From: Kudoa neothunni | Lineage: Eukaryota; Animalia; Cnidaria | Length of the DNA stretch: 64,000 bases | Assembly: GCA_964304625.1 (NCBI GenBank) | Contig: OZ199838.1 | Location: 5,358,345 to 5,422,344 of the forward strand | Reading direction: 5' to 3' | In this document: positions 51,545 to 64,000 of the stretch, one piece after another | Layout: every line of letters begins with the position of its first letter | Position numbering within the stretch: the first letter of the stretch is position 1 | Position numbers and translations under genes: made by a program | The notes under the pieces: generated by a model | What the model saw: only the letters and a program-made list of their open reading frames with translations | Databases searched by the model: none | What the model was told of the DNA's origin: nothing

Positions 51545-53909
51545 TCCTTTCATTCCCATTGTCCACTTTAGCGGACAAAAATTAATTCACTTATATATTT
51601 AAGCACATTAATTATTAAAGAATAATTTGTGAATATGATAAACATAAGTTGTTATTCTATATATTAAATGGGATAAAATATTAATAAATACTTTATGGGC
51701 ATTTTTATTTGTGATACAACTCCTTTTTTATAATGCTGAAATAATCTGACATCTGGAAAAATAAGTCTCAACAAACAATAGAATGCTACTGGAAAAAAGT
51801 AATATTGTAAAAAATGAATTGAATATTTAATAAATGAAATTTAATTAATTTGGGGCTTAAATATCCCAAAAAACACAAAAATCTCCACGCGGGTATTATA
51901 GTGGACATTGGGGCTTCGAGGGCATCCAATGGTACATTCTAATGGACCACGATATTGTTTATAGTCAGAAAGAAAATGGAAAAATCATCACAGAAGTAAT
52001 CGTTTTTCCGGATGCAGATACTTCAGAACCGGATGTGATGATGGATGAGTCGGACTGTCCTCTCATTCAAATTAACGTGGCAGAATTGGATAATGAAACA
52101 TTAAAGATTCCAGTGATTCCAATGACGATCAAATTTTAAAATTTTAAGTGGGAAAAGAAACAGAATGTTCCAAGTCCAGTTGAAAGTTTGGAAATCAATG
52201 AGGTAATTTTTAGCGACTTGCATGACCTCATATTATCCATTGAATATTTCGATTTCTTTTCACTGATGAGTTGATATCGAATATTGCTTATGAATCAAAT
52301 CTGTACGCTACTTAACAAAATGCTAATTTCAAAACTGATATTAAAGAAATAGAAAAATATCTGTGGGTTTCGATTATTACGGGGATAGTAAGAATACCGA
52401 GGTATCAATGTTATTGGTCGAAACTCGTGAACTATCCCCTCGTTTCCGAGGCTTTCTTTAAAGAACCGTTTTGAGCAAATGTATAAATACTTGCATTTCG
52501 CGGATAATTCTAAAATTATCACGGATCCTAATCCGCCAAGATTAGACCTTTGTTAGATTCTGTTAGAGCATCGTTTCTTAAGATTGAGCCCGGAAGAAAC
52601 CACTCAATTGACGAGAAAATTATCCCGTTTAAAGGTAAATATAAGGCCAGGCAATACATCCACAATAAACCAACAAAATGGGGGTTTAAAATGTTCGCGA
52701 GATGTGGCTTTAATGGTTTGGTTTACGATTTTTATCTTTACGATGGACGAAAACCTGCCGTCACCAAACACCAAAAGCTGTGGTGTTGTATCTGGCGATT
52801 TTGTCATAAAGCTGTGCGAAAGTCTACCGTTGAGCGAACCATATTTCACATATTTCGACAACTGGTTTACATTTATCCCCCTCCAAATCTTCTTAAAACG
52901 AAGATATATCTATTCTGTTGGTACGATATGTGTTAACAGAGTAAAGGGTTGTCTATTTAATAGTGGCAAAGATTAAAAAAAAGGGACGTGGCTCGTATGA
53001 TTCTGCACATGACTCTCACAATGGAATATCGATAACACGATGATTTGGTGGGTTAATTACCACCTTTTTAGCCACTCATTCCTCGATTGAACCGGTCTCA
53101 ATGTCAAAAAGATTCGATAGATCTAAGAAGATAATGGTAGAAATTCCTCGTTCAACTGTTGTTAAGGAATATAACCTAGATATTGGGCGGAGTTGACCTA
53201 TTAGATATGCTCACGTCACTTTATGTTATGAGACACAAATGCAGAAAGTATTGGTTTAGAATCTTTATTTTGACTCTAAACACATTCTTGGTTAACGCTT
53301 GGCTATTTTTTAAACGAAATAATTCCGTGAGACGTACCGATAAGAATGAAGTAATGGATTTGTTGGATTTTTCTTTAAAGTTAGTGAAGATCATATCTAC
53401 CATCGAGCAATGACTGCTCAAACGAAACGTGGTAGATCCCCACTTAATCAATCTAATGTCGGAATATATTACACCAACGTCGATAAAAAAAGAACGAGAT
53501 CTAATTCATTGAGTGATGAAATCTGTCTGGACATAGTTGTACATTTTCCCGAAATAATGACAACACATTCAAGATGTAGAGTTTGTCGAAAGAAACCAAA
53601 TTTAAATGTATGAAATGCCATTCATTTTGTTGTCATAATAAAGAAAGGAATTGTTTCTATAACTTTCATAACAATCTGTAAAAATGTTTAAAAATTTTAA
53701 TTCTTTTATGTTTTTTTTGCGCCTAACCAATGCGCGAATATGCCGAGGTAAATAAATACAATTTGTCCACCTTATTGGACGGATTAAAAAACACTTTAAA
53801 TTGTTGTTAAATAATGTATGTTTAAAGCATAAATTTTAAAGTATATATAATTTTATAATTAAGTTCACATAAAAAAATTTCAAGTAAAAAAAATTTGGGA
53901 ACCAAAGGG
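51545..53909 (+). mobile_element. Full-length decayed piggyBac transposon
   Basis: TTAA on both sides; ends TCCTTTCATTCCC / GGGAACCAAAGGG; transposase relics SIDEKIIPFKG, KPTKWGFK, YFDNWFT, GGVDLLD, RCRVC across 51942-53660 with frameshifts and stops. Confidence 0.92.
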
Positions 53910-53958
53910 TTAAGGTATCTATAAAAAATAGCCATAATCCTTAAATTCAATTTGTATA

Positions 53959-54119
53959 CGAAGTGGCTATTGACACGGATCATAATATCCAGGTAGGTAT
54001 AGTTTTTGACTGTATTTAATAGATCAACTATAAATAGGAGTCAACGGGATTAAAAATGGGTAATGCGCGAGCGTACTTTCCATTTAGGATTAAAAACTTT
54101 CGTGACAATAGCCAGTGCC
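53959..54119. mobile_element. MULE-type MITE (copy 2)
   Basis: Perfect 9-bp TSD ATTTGTATA on both sides; ends ...GTGGCTATTGACAC / GACAATAGCCAGTGCC; inverted homolog of 23555-23790. Confidence 0.85.
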
Positions 54120-54184
54120 ATTTGTATATTTAATTTTCCTGATAACAATTATATCCAACACGCACAAGCGAACATAGGATAGTT

Positions 54185-54360
54185 CGGAGGTTCCCAATTG
54201 GGGATGCGAATTTTGGTCTCAGGTGGCGCGAGATCCGATCAAAATTGAAAATAACTTTTGCTAAATTTTAAGTCAGTTACACCTTACCGTATGCAAAGGA
54301 GTGCAAATTTCGATTTGTCCAAAATGAAGGGGCGAGTCCTGTTTTAGTTGGGAAGCGCTG
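54185..54360. mobile_element. hAT-family MITE (copy 2)
   Basis: Perfect 8-bp TSD GGATAGTT (54177-54184, 54361-54368); TIR ...GGTTCCCAA / TTGGGAAGCGCTG. Confidence 0.88.
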
Positions 54361-55752
54361 GGATAGTTTAACTAAAGCTTTCCAGCCGGGAATTCGAGGA
54401 ACAACCATATTTATTTAAGAAAATTTGTAGGGCTAATAAGAATCTTTACGACTATTTTTAAGCATGAAAAAGGTGAGTGCGAATTTCTTTTGAATACAAT
54501 CAGGTTTTATAAATAAATTCCAAATTTACAATACTATTTTTTATATATTTTACATATTTGATTAATTTATAAAAATTTTGCATTTATATTTTTGAATATA
54601 CGTCGGCAACTCTTCAGACATGACCAATTTACTTAGCGAAATAAAAGACACAACCATTCCAGAATTGGAAATCACTACGCAATACAATATTACAATATTA
54701 CTTCCAAATATTGCTATTTTATATCTATGTATTTATGTAAAATCAATTAAATATAGTAAATTAAAGGTGAAAAAATTTATTATTTTAATAAAATTCTTAA
54801 CTTTCAATTTAAAAATGAATTCTATAAATAATGAGCAATCGCGCGATGTTCATTTTAAACTATGAACTGCAACTTTCCTATTGGAAAAAATCATATCTGA
54901 TCACCAGTGAATTGTTTATTCATCATAATTATTTATTGGCCTTCAGAATTGACTTTGAAATTCATTTAATGCCACATAAAGGCTAAAATGGACTTTGATG
55001 CTTTAAGGAGAATAAGAACTTGATTTTAGCCCCTTTTAATACTAACCGTTTTATATTTTAATTAATTGTAATCGTAAGATGGGAAATAAAATTGATTAAA
55101 TTATGTTTCCTTAACTGTTACAACCAACAATTTAAAACTAGAGCAATTGTTTGATAATAAGAGTTATTAAACATATTTAATAGTATTTTAATAAGGCATT
55201 AATTAAACTATTAAAATAACACCCACGGTACTTTAATAGCTGCAGAATACGTCAAAAAATGACCTAAAACCAATAAAATATTTATTGTTTTATTTAGTAA
55301 ATATAAATGAAATCCCCAAGGGAAACGTAATTATACAGTAATTCCTGAATTTTAGCTAGTACTTTAATTTACGTTAATACCTTAATTCGGACTAATCTCC
55401 TAATCACGTTGTGATTTCAATTATAAAAAGTATAACTTTTCTCTTTCTATTATTGACTAATAAAATATTTCATTTTTAACATTTGATTTAACAATATTCT
55501 CCTTAAAATTGTTTTTCTATGGTTTCATCAAATAGTTTCAAGTATATGACCCACATCGGGAGTTTTCGTTATTTTTCCGAAACAATAGCACAAATTTAAA
55601 AACAATTATTTATTTTAAAGTTAGATCATTAATTCAGAAGGAAAATGATTTTGTTTGTAATTATGGATCAATTTTTGAGTAGATCTTTTAATTTTTGGAC
55701 TATAACCGTTTTGACAGCCTAGAGACGCACACGCATAAACAAAAATTCTAAC

Positions 55753-56875
55753 ATGACCAAGATACTACAACAAATGTTTCCGTTGGGGATGGGCTCAGAC
55801 AAACCTCTAAAAGTGAAAATTGGACCATCCATATTAAACTCCGATCTCTCCCAATTGGGATACGAATGTCAGAGGTTAGTAGAAAATGGGGCGGATTATT
55901 TGCATTTGGATGTTATGGATGGGTAGGTTGCAATGAAAGAATATTAGTCCAAATAAAATTTATTAGTTTGTTCGTTCCAAATATAACATTTGGTGCACCA
56001 GTGGTAAAATGTGTTAGAGAAAAAGTGCCAGGGACATTTTTTTGGTAATAAATTAGTGTGTTTATGTTTCGGATTAAATTCTTATCATTTAAACATTAAA
56101 GATATGCATATGATGGTGGCATCTCCAGAAAAAGTAACTCTTGAATATTCTCCGCCAATTTAAATTTGTTAACTATATCAAATAGTGGATAAGGGACATG
56201 AAAAATGCCGGTGGAGATCAATACACATTTCATATTGAGGCTACAGAAAGTATCCCACTCCCTTATTTTAATCTTAGGTTTTATTCAATATTATTATCAC
56301 TCTAGGCACTACCGAAAATGTCATTCAACAAATCAAGGATGCCAATATGAAAGTTGGTCTAGCCATCAAACCAAAAACACCTGTAGAACAATTGCTTCCA
56401 TTTATCGACAAAGTCGACATGATATTGGTGATGACAGTCGAGCCTGGTTTTGGAGGCCAGTCGTTTATGTATGATATGATGCCCAAAGTAGTCGATTAAA
56501 ATTTTATCATCTTTATTTGTTGTAATAAAATTCATAACATGAATAATCATTGTTATTGTAGGTGAAATTTTTACGCGAAAGATTCCCCTATTTGGATATA
56601 TCTGTGGATGGTGGGATAGGACCTAAAACTATTGATGCTTGTGCCAAGGTAACACATTCTCAACTTATTTATGTTTCTTATGGTAGAAATACCGAGCGAA
56701 AACCAAATTGGACTCTAATCTAATCTAGGCTGGTGCTAATATGATTGTATCTGGAACTGCAATTACCTCTTCTGAAAATCCTTCAAACACAATTAAATAT
56801 TTGCGCGACTGTTGCCTCCAAAATACACATAGTATGCAAATTACACCTATCCTCATACAATACACTAAAATCTAA
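55753..56875 (+). CDS. RPE: Ribulose-phosphate 3-epimerase (multi-exon)
   Basis: KIGPSILNSD, YLHLDVMDG, FVPNITFG, DMHMMV, YTFHIE, MTVEPGFGGQ, SVDGG, AGANMIVSG; GT-AG introns; exact start and end tentative. Confidence 0.93.
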
Positions 56876-56898
56876 TGCATATAAATAAACAAAAACAG

Positions 56899-59740
56899 TT
56901 ATTGGGGTTCATTGTTAGTGTTGTTAGATTCATTGGTTGATTGTTCTTGTTGCGATATGACGTTTTGAACAGATTGGAGGATCTTTGACTTTTTCGTGGT
57001 CTTTTTAGCTTTTTTTGCGTATATGGCATAATCGGCTAATTCTTCGTCATCCTCTCTGAAATAAAAATGAAATATATTATGACTTTTCTAAAATGGTAAG
57101 CGAGTCTCATCCATTAATATGCAAAAAAGATTACGATCGGATTCAATTTGGATAATTTTAGAAATACAAAAAATGGATTTCATTAAAAATATTTAATTTA
57201 AATTAGTACACTTAATAATGATTAAATAAACTTAGATTAATTTGTTCACATTTTCGAATGTTCAAACATTATTAATTATATTAACAATTAATTAAAATAA
57301 CAGTTAATTATAATAGAATTATTAATTAATAATAATAACAACATCGCTAGTCCTAATAACAACGCGATTAAATTAAATTAAATATTTTTATCCCTATGGT
57401 AACTCGCTTGGCTAACAATTGGACCAATTTAACAGTCTGATAAAAATTAAATTTAACTAGAGTTTTTTGCAGGAAAATCCCATCACTTAAAAATAAATTC
57501 GGCTAGAATCAACTAAGCAAAATTTATTATATTTAATAACGCTGAGAAAACTAATAAAATGTATATTATAGAGATTTAACCTCAATTTTAAGTGATTAAG
57601 CATATTTTCATCGCAAGAATTCAATTTTATTGTAACAAAAACGAATTTATCGTTGAATACACCCCAATTATAACATTGAATAGTTGAAAATAAAATAAAA
57701 TCTGTCTATAGAAAATTACAACAAAAACATACTTGTAACGAATACATTTTTTGAGAGAACACCATTGATTTAATTCTTTGTCATCGCACAAGAGAATCTA
57801 ATGTTTTGTACGTACATCATTGAGTATTTTTAATTATTACATATCCAGGTTAAATTACCTCTTGTGGAGTTAATCCAAAATCATTAGCAAATGTTTTTCT
57901 GTATGTGAATGTCTCCAAGGGTTCAATATCACTATTATTATCATCATTGTTGATGTTTTTGTCTTGAGTAGTGGATTGATTTGAAAGCGATTTTTGGAGT
58001 TTTTGTTTGGCTTTTAATTTTTTCCTCTTCTTTTCTCAATCTTTTTTTCATTTGTTTGGTCAAACGTAATGGATGACTGTCGGGTTCATCATCGAAAAAT
58101 TCTCCAAATGCCCCATCCACATCTTCACCATCAATACAGCTCAATGGTTTAATTTCGGCTTCATTATTATCGTTGTTGTCGTCATAATAATCTTCATTAA
58201 AAAATCCCTAACAATGCATAGTAATAATCTCAAAAATATTACATAAATCAAGAAGCATACCCTCATAATTTGATCGTATTTCTGTTCATCAAAAATCCTC
58301 GTCCATAAGTGCAGAAATGTCAATTTTATTGTTGACATTATTGTTTTGATTGTAGATACCTGCAATTTCTACAAAAAATGTAGGTAGATTTTAATTTAAT
58401 TAATCAATAAATCATAAAACTTTTTAGTTCTTCAAATTTCTCATTGATATTATCCTTTTGAAGATGTTTTAACAGTTTTATCTCACTTAACATATTCATC
58501 TTTTCCTACAAACAACCATAATTTAATCATTTTATTTTTGTTATACAAACAGATACTTCTTTTTTTCTCAACTTTTTCTCATTTCGTTTTCGTATACGTC
58601 TATCGTCCTTTCGCCTGGCCGATAAACCGTCGTTTCTAATTTGATCTATTTTCTATCGAAAATTCATGATATAATTTTTGGCATAAAAAATTCCATCAAG
58701 AAATACCGTATTCTCATCATCGCTATTCTCATCAATTTTAATTTGTTGTGAACCACTCTTTCTAACAGACAAATTATTAATTGTTAAAATAATAATCACA
58801 CATACCTCGACTCTTTGCTCAATAGTTTTCAATGTTACTTCGTTACCCTTCATTAGATTGATGATTTTTTCATCCATTTGCTATCAAAAACCGCACGTTA
58901 TTATGTATATATTAATTGATTAAAAACCTCGTTTTCCAACGCTTTTTTCAACGTTCCAGTGGTCTTTCATATCTGTGATCAACTATAAAAACCTAGTCAG
59001 CTACATATCTAATGATTTTATTCAAGTTCACTTTAGCATATTTTGGAGCTTTTGATGGGAAGAAAAATTCATCATTATCATCCTCAAAATCATCACCAAC
59101 ATCGTTGGTTGAACCACCAAGACTTTGTTTTCCATTATTGGTTGTTTCGATGATACTTTGTTTGAGTTGCTTTTCAAAATTTGACTCACCAGTACCAACA
59201 TAATGGTCAGCTGGCAATTTTTCGTCATCACTCGAACCGACATTGGGATTGGGTTATAGAAGACTGTTTTTCAGCTTCCATCGCTTGTTGAAACTGATAA
59301 TCTTTCAAGTAGATTGGTCGACTTCTTTTTTTTGCTCGTTTGATCGGTTTGGGCATGGTCAGCAGTTGACTCAAAAAATACACTATTTTTATCGTAAATT
59401 TGCTTGTTGTTGGTTTTGATTAGAGTGAGCATGTTTATAAAATCAGGGTCGTTCAAATCCAACTTTATTGTTAATCGATTAATAGTAAATAATTGCTTAA
59501 ATATTTACATCCTTATTATCAAGTTCATCCATCGATGATGAAGAAGAACTCTCATCAACCAATGCTTCTGTTGGATTGTCTCCATATTTTGATTTTACTA
59601 TAGAAACATCGTTTAAACAATCAACTCTCAAAATTGCAAACAATACATCGCTCAAATTCTTGACGTTTTTTATTGTGATTAAATTTTTTGGCAAAGATTT
59701 GATTGATTTCTAGTTGAAAGGGATGCTCATCTTCGGACAT
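56899..59740 (-). CDS. KRI1: KRI1 homolog (40S ribosome biogenesis), multi-exon
   Basis: MSEDEHPFQLEINQIFAKKFNHNKKRQE, PIYLKDY, and C-terminal FTYRKTFANDFGLTPQE|ILLCDDKELNQWCSLKK; acidic tracts; three apparent +1 homopolymer frameshifts. Confidence 0.88.
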
Positions 59741-60075
59741 ATTTGATTTCGTCGATGCGTGCGCATTCTTTTTTTATTTCAAATTTGACCCATTTAGTCA
59801 CACTCTAAATCCCCTTATCCTGCTTATATAGGAATTATCAGTTTCAAAAAAATAATATTTGTCCTATCTAGGTATTACACTTTGTTTAAGGTGGTGTTAG
59901 CCCTCCCCCACAAATTTAATCCCCTTGTGTGCGATTTGGCAGTGATAAGTATTTCTGCTTACTGGCAGCATTGCGATTGGTTAGATATAATTAAAAAGAA
60001 AACATTCTAATTTCAATGAGATTATTCTAATGATTTATCGAGGATAAATGTAACGCGATTAAGTAATGAGTTTAA

Positions 60076-62000
60076 CCCTCCAAGGACTTTAGGGTCTTTT
60101 GGACCCCAAACCATAATTAATTTATTCAGTATTATGTACGTAATAATCAAAACTTCGTAAAATTCTATCTAATATCCTAACTTTCAATAATGATCATCCT
60201 TTGAAAATCTTAAGCGGAGTGAATAAAAATTAGGTGTAGAAAAAAAAAAGTTATCCTTTAAGGACTCTAGGGGTCCACGACGTTTTTTGGCCAATATGCG
60301 TTTAAATAAATAAAAATGTAGCTGTACAAGTATCATTCATTTTGGTCACATAAAAATTCATAAATATCTTATGGGCTTGATTAATTAATGTTTATTTTTC
60401 GTAAGAATTTAATTTTCCACACGTGACCGTTAATTAAACCTTTGAACCCCGAATGTAATTCAGCGGCAGAAAAATTTTGTTTTCCCATTACGTTTAATTT
60501 TACATAATTTTATATAAAATATCAAAGAATTGAAGCACTAATTTCAAAAATTAAAAAGATATACACATGGTGCCAACCGGCAACATTGGGGCGGTGCTTA
60601 TTTCAATATGCGGGAGTGCTTGTTTTTTTGTTGCTTTGCTTTTAACCAAAAAATTACTCTTCCACCATCGGAAATGAAATATTAAATTATTGATTACAAT
60701 TTCACTAGTCCAACAAGCAGTTTCTGTTTTTATTGAGGCACACATGGACATTACATTTGATGAAAATATGTTCAAATAATCTATCATTGAAGAATCGGTT
60801 GAAATAAGTGAAACATTGAAACATAATATCTTCAAATTGTTCAAAAATATCAGTTGTATCAATATCATTGTTTATTAAATTTTTCGCGTTCCTTGTCTAA
60901 TTTAAACAGTAGTCATCTTATTCCCCATCACTAGAACGATATTCGGATACAATGCCATCATATTGACTATACAAAATGGAATCCGATTCTAGTCCAACGT
61001 ATGATTTGTGCTCATCTGGTAATAATATGATTTTTTAAAAGTATGCTCTATTTATCCCTCCCCTCAATCTAGTCAGAATCCATTCCAAAGTATACAAACG
61101 CACTTGAATCTAGGGCCGAACGTTGTTGTGTGACAACGCTCGCTATACCATACCTCCTGGCCCAACGTTGCCAAACGGAAACATGGATTAATCTGTCCCT
61201 ATAGTATACATATCAAAAAATATTTCCTTCTTAGATTCATTTTTGGAATAAACTTATTTATTACTATATGTGTATATATTTTAATTTTACTGAAACCACA
61301 AAATTCCAAGTTCAATTGCAGGATACTTTTAGCCTTTTTTATACTTGCCATAGAGTTGGATATTCATGTGTATTTCTCTTGATATAAAACATACAAATTT
61401 TTGTAATTCATTTTTATAAAATCAAATAAACATTAACTATATTATTATAATGAAAATTGATTTAAAAAAATGTAATTAAATGGCTAAAACACTCACCGAA
61501 TTAAAGTGTTGCCATTTGGCAACATTGGGATTCAAAGGGTTAAAATAAATATGGTAAACTTTCATTTACTACAAAAAATAAATTTATAGAATCACAAAAA
61601 GTGAATATAATCTATTCGAATATAGTTAATAATTAAATTTAGACCTTCTAAATGAAATCCTCCAAACAATCGATATATTTGATTATTTATTCACAAATAT
61701 AATTTGTGAAAAAGATGAAACGCAATCTAACATGCTTTTAACATGCTAAATGCAATAGAAAATAGGGCCAAGCGGTTTTAAGGATATTTTCTGCACCAAT
61801 TCTTGATGTTATCGGTTTACTGAAACTCCACATAATACCATATTAACTGATTATTGGGTCTTCAGTATTACCACATTCCACTAATTCAATCAAAGTTTCG
61901 GATGAATCCGTATAGTTTTCTTCAAATTCACTTCCTAAAGATTAAAATTCATCAATACACTCATCATTCTCACTCTTATTTGTACAGGAAAAGCGGGGTC
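60076..62000 (-). mobile_element. Older decayed piggyBac element hosting the 60438-61539 insertion
   Basis: TTAA-CCCTCCAAGGACTTTAGGGTC end at 60076 (related to the 26069 TIR); minus-strand relic with acidic N-terminus then GIMWSFSKPITSRIGAENILKT at ~61770-61990; other end not found. Confidence 0.6.
60438..61539 (-). mobile_element. Non-autonomous piggyBac deletion derivative (copy 2, uninterrupted, 1,102 bp)
   Basis: TTAA on both sides (60434-60437, 61540-61543); ends ACCTTTGAACCCC / GGGATTCAAAGGG; minus-strand IKCNVHVCLNKNRNC tail. Confidence 0.88.
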
Positions 62001-63429
62001 GCGTGACATTATTTGGGCAGATTAACAATATGCTTCTAAATAATAATTTGGAATATTAAATTGAATCTTTTCACCAAAAAATGTTAATCATTAAGTAAAT
62101 TCACTTGAATTTTTTATTTCTCAAAAATTTAAGATTACTCAGCAACTGTTTTATACATCGATTAATTACGACTCGTCCCGACGCAGTACCGATTTGATTA
62201 TAACGGATTAATTACACAAATGTTCGGTTATTTTTTTCTTCAAATTTACTCGACAAAATTTTTTTAAACCGGATAAAATAATATATCTATATTTATTAAG
62301 TTAATTCATCAAATAAAAATTAACTCACAATGTAAAACACAATTTCCATTTTTAATAAAATTTTAACATATGTGCGCATTTATAAATGAATTTAAATTTG
62401 CAGAATAGAATTTTACAGCCAGAGTCAATCGTGGGGTGATTGGCAAAGATTAACGAGAATACACCTGTCTTATGTGGAGTCTGAATTTCGTTTAGAAACA
62501 TTATATAACAAAATAATTGGTTAAAAAATAGTGCAAAATACAAAACTCCTCCCTGAATCAGAAATTTATTGGCTGAAAATTCTCCTAAACCCCATTTAAA
62601 AATGGCAGCAGCTATTCGCATAGCAAATTTTAATGATAAATGACACGCACGCACGCACACTCAATGACAATTTTTAATCACAAGTTGTATGTAGAGAATA
62701 TATACAGTCGATGACATGTGGTTCTTAACTTTCGAAAATACGTTAAAATTGGCAATTGTAAACGAATGGAATTATGAAATTTAACTTAAAATGCACCTTA
62801 GAATAAATATTCAATAGAAATAATATTAGCTGTCTGATAATTAAATTTGTATGGTTTCCCCTAATTTTTATAGACTGAAGTGTGGTTCGTAATTTTGTAG
62901 GGAATTAACACCCGATTCTTTCACATAAACTCTTGATTGAAGAAGAAAGTACAACAATATCAGAACTATATTGGAAAAATAAAAAATAATAAAATATTCT
63001 GTTATTCAGTCCTTTGATGGGGAAAAATCAATAAATGTTAGATGTTTCAATACAGTGCAACCTGGGAGCTAGTACCAATCGGAGTTCGACAAAAAAATTT
63101 GAGTCAAAAACACTTTTGAGTTCGAACACATATGGAAAGGGTATTCGGAACAAATCCAATTGGAGCAGAGAACAGAGAATAAAAGTAATTCTAGAAGAAG
63201 AGTCGCTCAATCAAATTGAGCAAACGTCATCGAAAGGGAACCCTTTATAATCTATCGCATGAAAACCAAAAAATATTTACCCCATGTTTCATTTTTGTTA
63301 TTATATTCAATATTTATTTTTTATATTTTATACACACAAGGTATGCAGTTTTTTCGTAAAAAAATAATAAAAAGGTCATTTATTTGATGCGCGGTAACGG
63401 ATTAAACTAATTTTCTTTATTTTGCAGGG

Positions 63430-63700
63430 GAAAAAATTATTTGGAGTTCGAACACACTTCTAGAACGGATTATGGTCGAATTCCGAGGTTACACTGTACG
63501 ATAAAACGTTACATTTCTTTCATCGAAGCTTCAATGGAACTCGTACCTTCTAATATTTTGGGTGCACTTTTTTTAATTGCGAATGCTTGGGATTTGATAA
63601 CCAAAACAACTATTGTTAATTGTTTTACCAAGACAAAATTCAATCACAACAATATTTCTGCTGTTCCCAATAATTTAAATAATAACGATAATTAAAATTT
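63430..63700 (+). mobile_element. pogo/Tigger transposase C-terminal relic
   Basis: NILGALFLIANAWDLITKTTIVNCFTK matches the AW...TI.NCF.K motif that follows the DDE domain of Tigger-type transposases; element ends not defined. Confidence 0.6.
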
Positions 63701-64000
63701 AGAATCCGTATTTTCTGGTGGGATAAATGAAACGATCAATGATGCAATAACATCGAACGTTGTGGATATCGGAAGTGTCAATCTCTCCGATGCACATTAA
63801 AATATCATAATAGTTAGTGAATATCCCGACGATTCCACCGAAACTGAAATAAACGAGAATATGTCTGAATTAAAAGGTAAATAAAGATATTAATTTCCAA
63901 AAATGTCCAATTTATTTAGGCAAATTTAAACAATACCTTATCGTGCATGGTTTGAATAAATACACATATACTATGGATATTGAAAACAAAGTATATTGAA

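Noticed and set aside
57940-59340. KRI1 as a pseudogene
   Set aside because: Removing one base from each of three homopolymer runs restores the conserved frame (PIYLKDY, FTYRK...FGLT).

Overview
Eukaryotic nuclear DNA, very AT-rich, with short (about 40-65 nt) canonical GT-AG introns and standard genetic code. A receptor guanylyl cyclase with a kinase-homology domain indicates an animal; the divergent housekeeping proteins suggest a fast-evolving, probably parasitic lineage (myxozoan/orthonectid-like; inference only). Host genes: a ~2,000-aa helical type-I surface protein (3-5861, 5' end outside the window) and a short paralog (20599-22079), a receptor guanylyl cyclase, DLAT (PDH E2), RPL13A, TOR, RPE and KRI1. 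Intergenic space holds many mostly decayed DNA transposons, often nested: piggyBac, Helitron, Merlin-like, hAT, MULE, pogo/Tigger and Tc1/IS630-like. Several single-base homopolymer frameshifts, including three in essential KRI1, look like consensus errors. Best leads: (1) a surface-protein family with long and short stalk forms, a near-identical head cassette and complementary premature TAA stops, resembling a recombining variant-antigen archive; (2) a TOR with substituted FRB rapamycin contacts and FATC end; (3) a receptor cyclase missing the catalytic Asn/Arg; (4) repeated sharp patches of sequence homogenisation. All calls are by eye; no searches were run.
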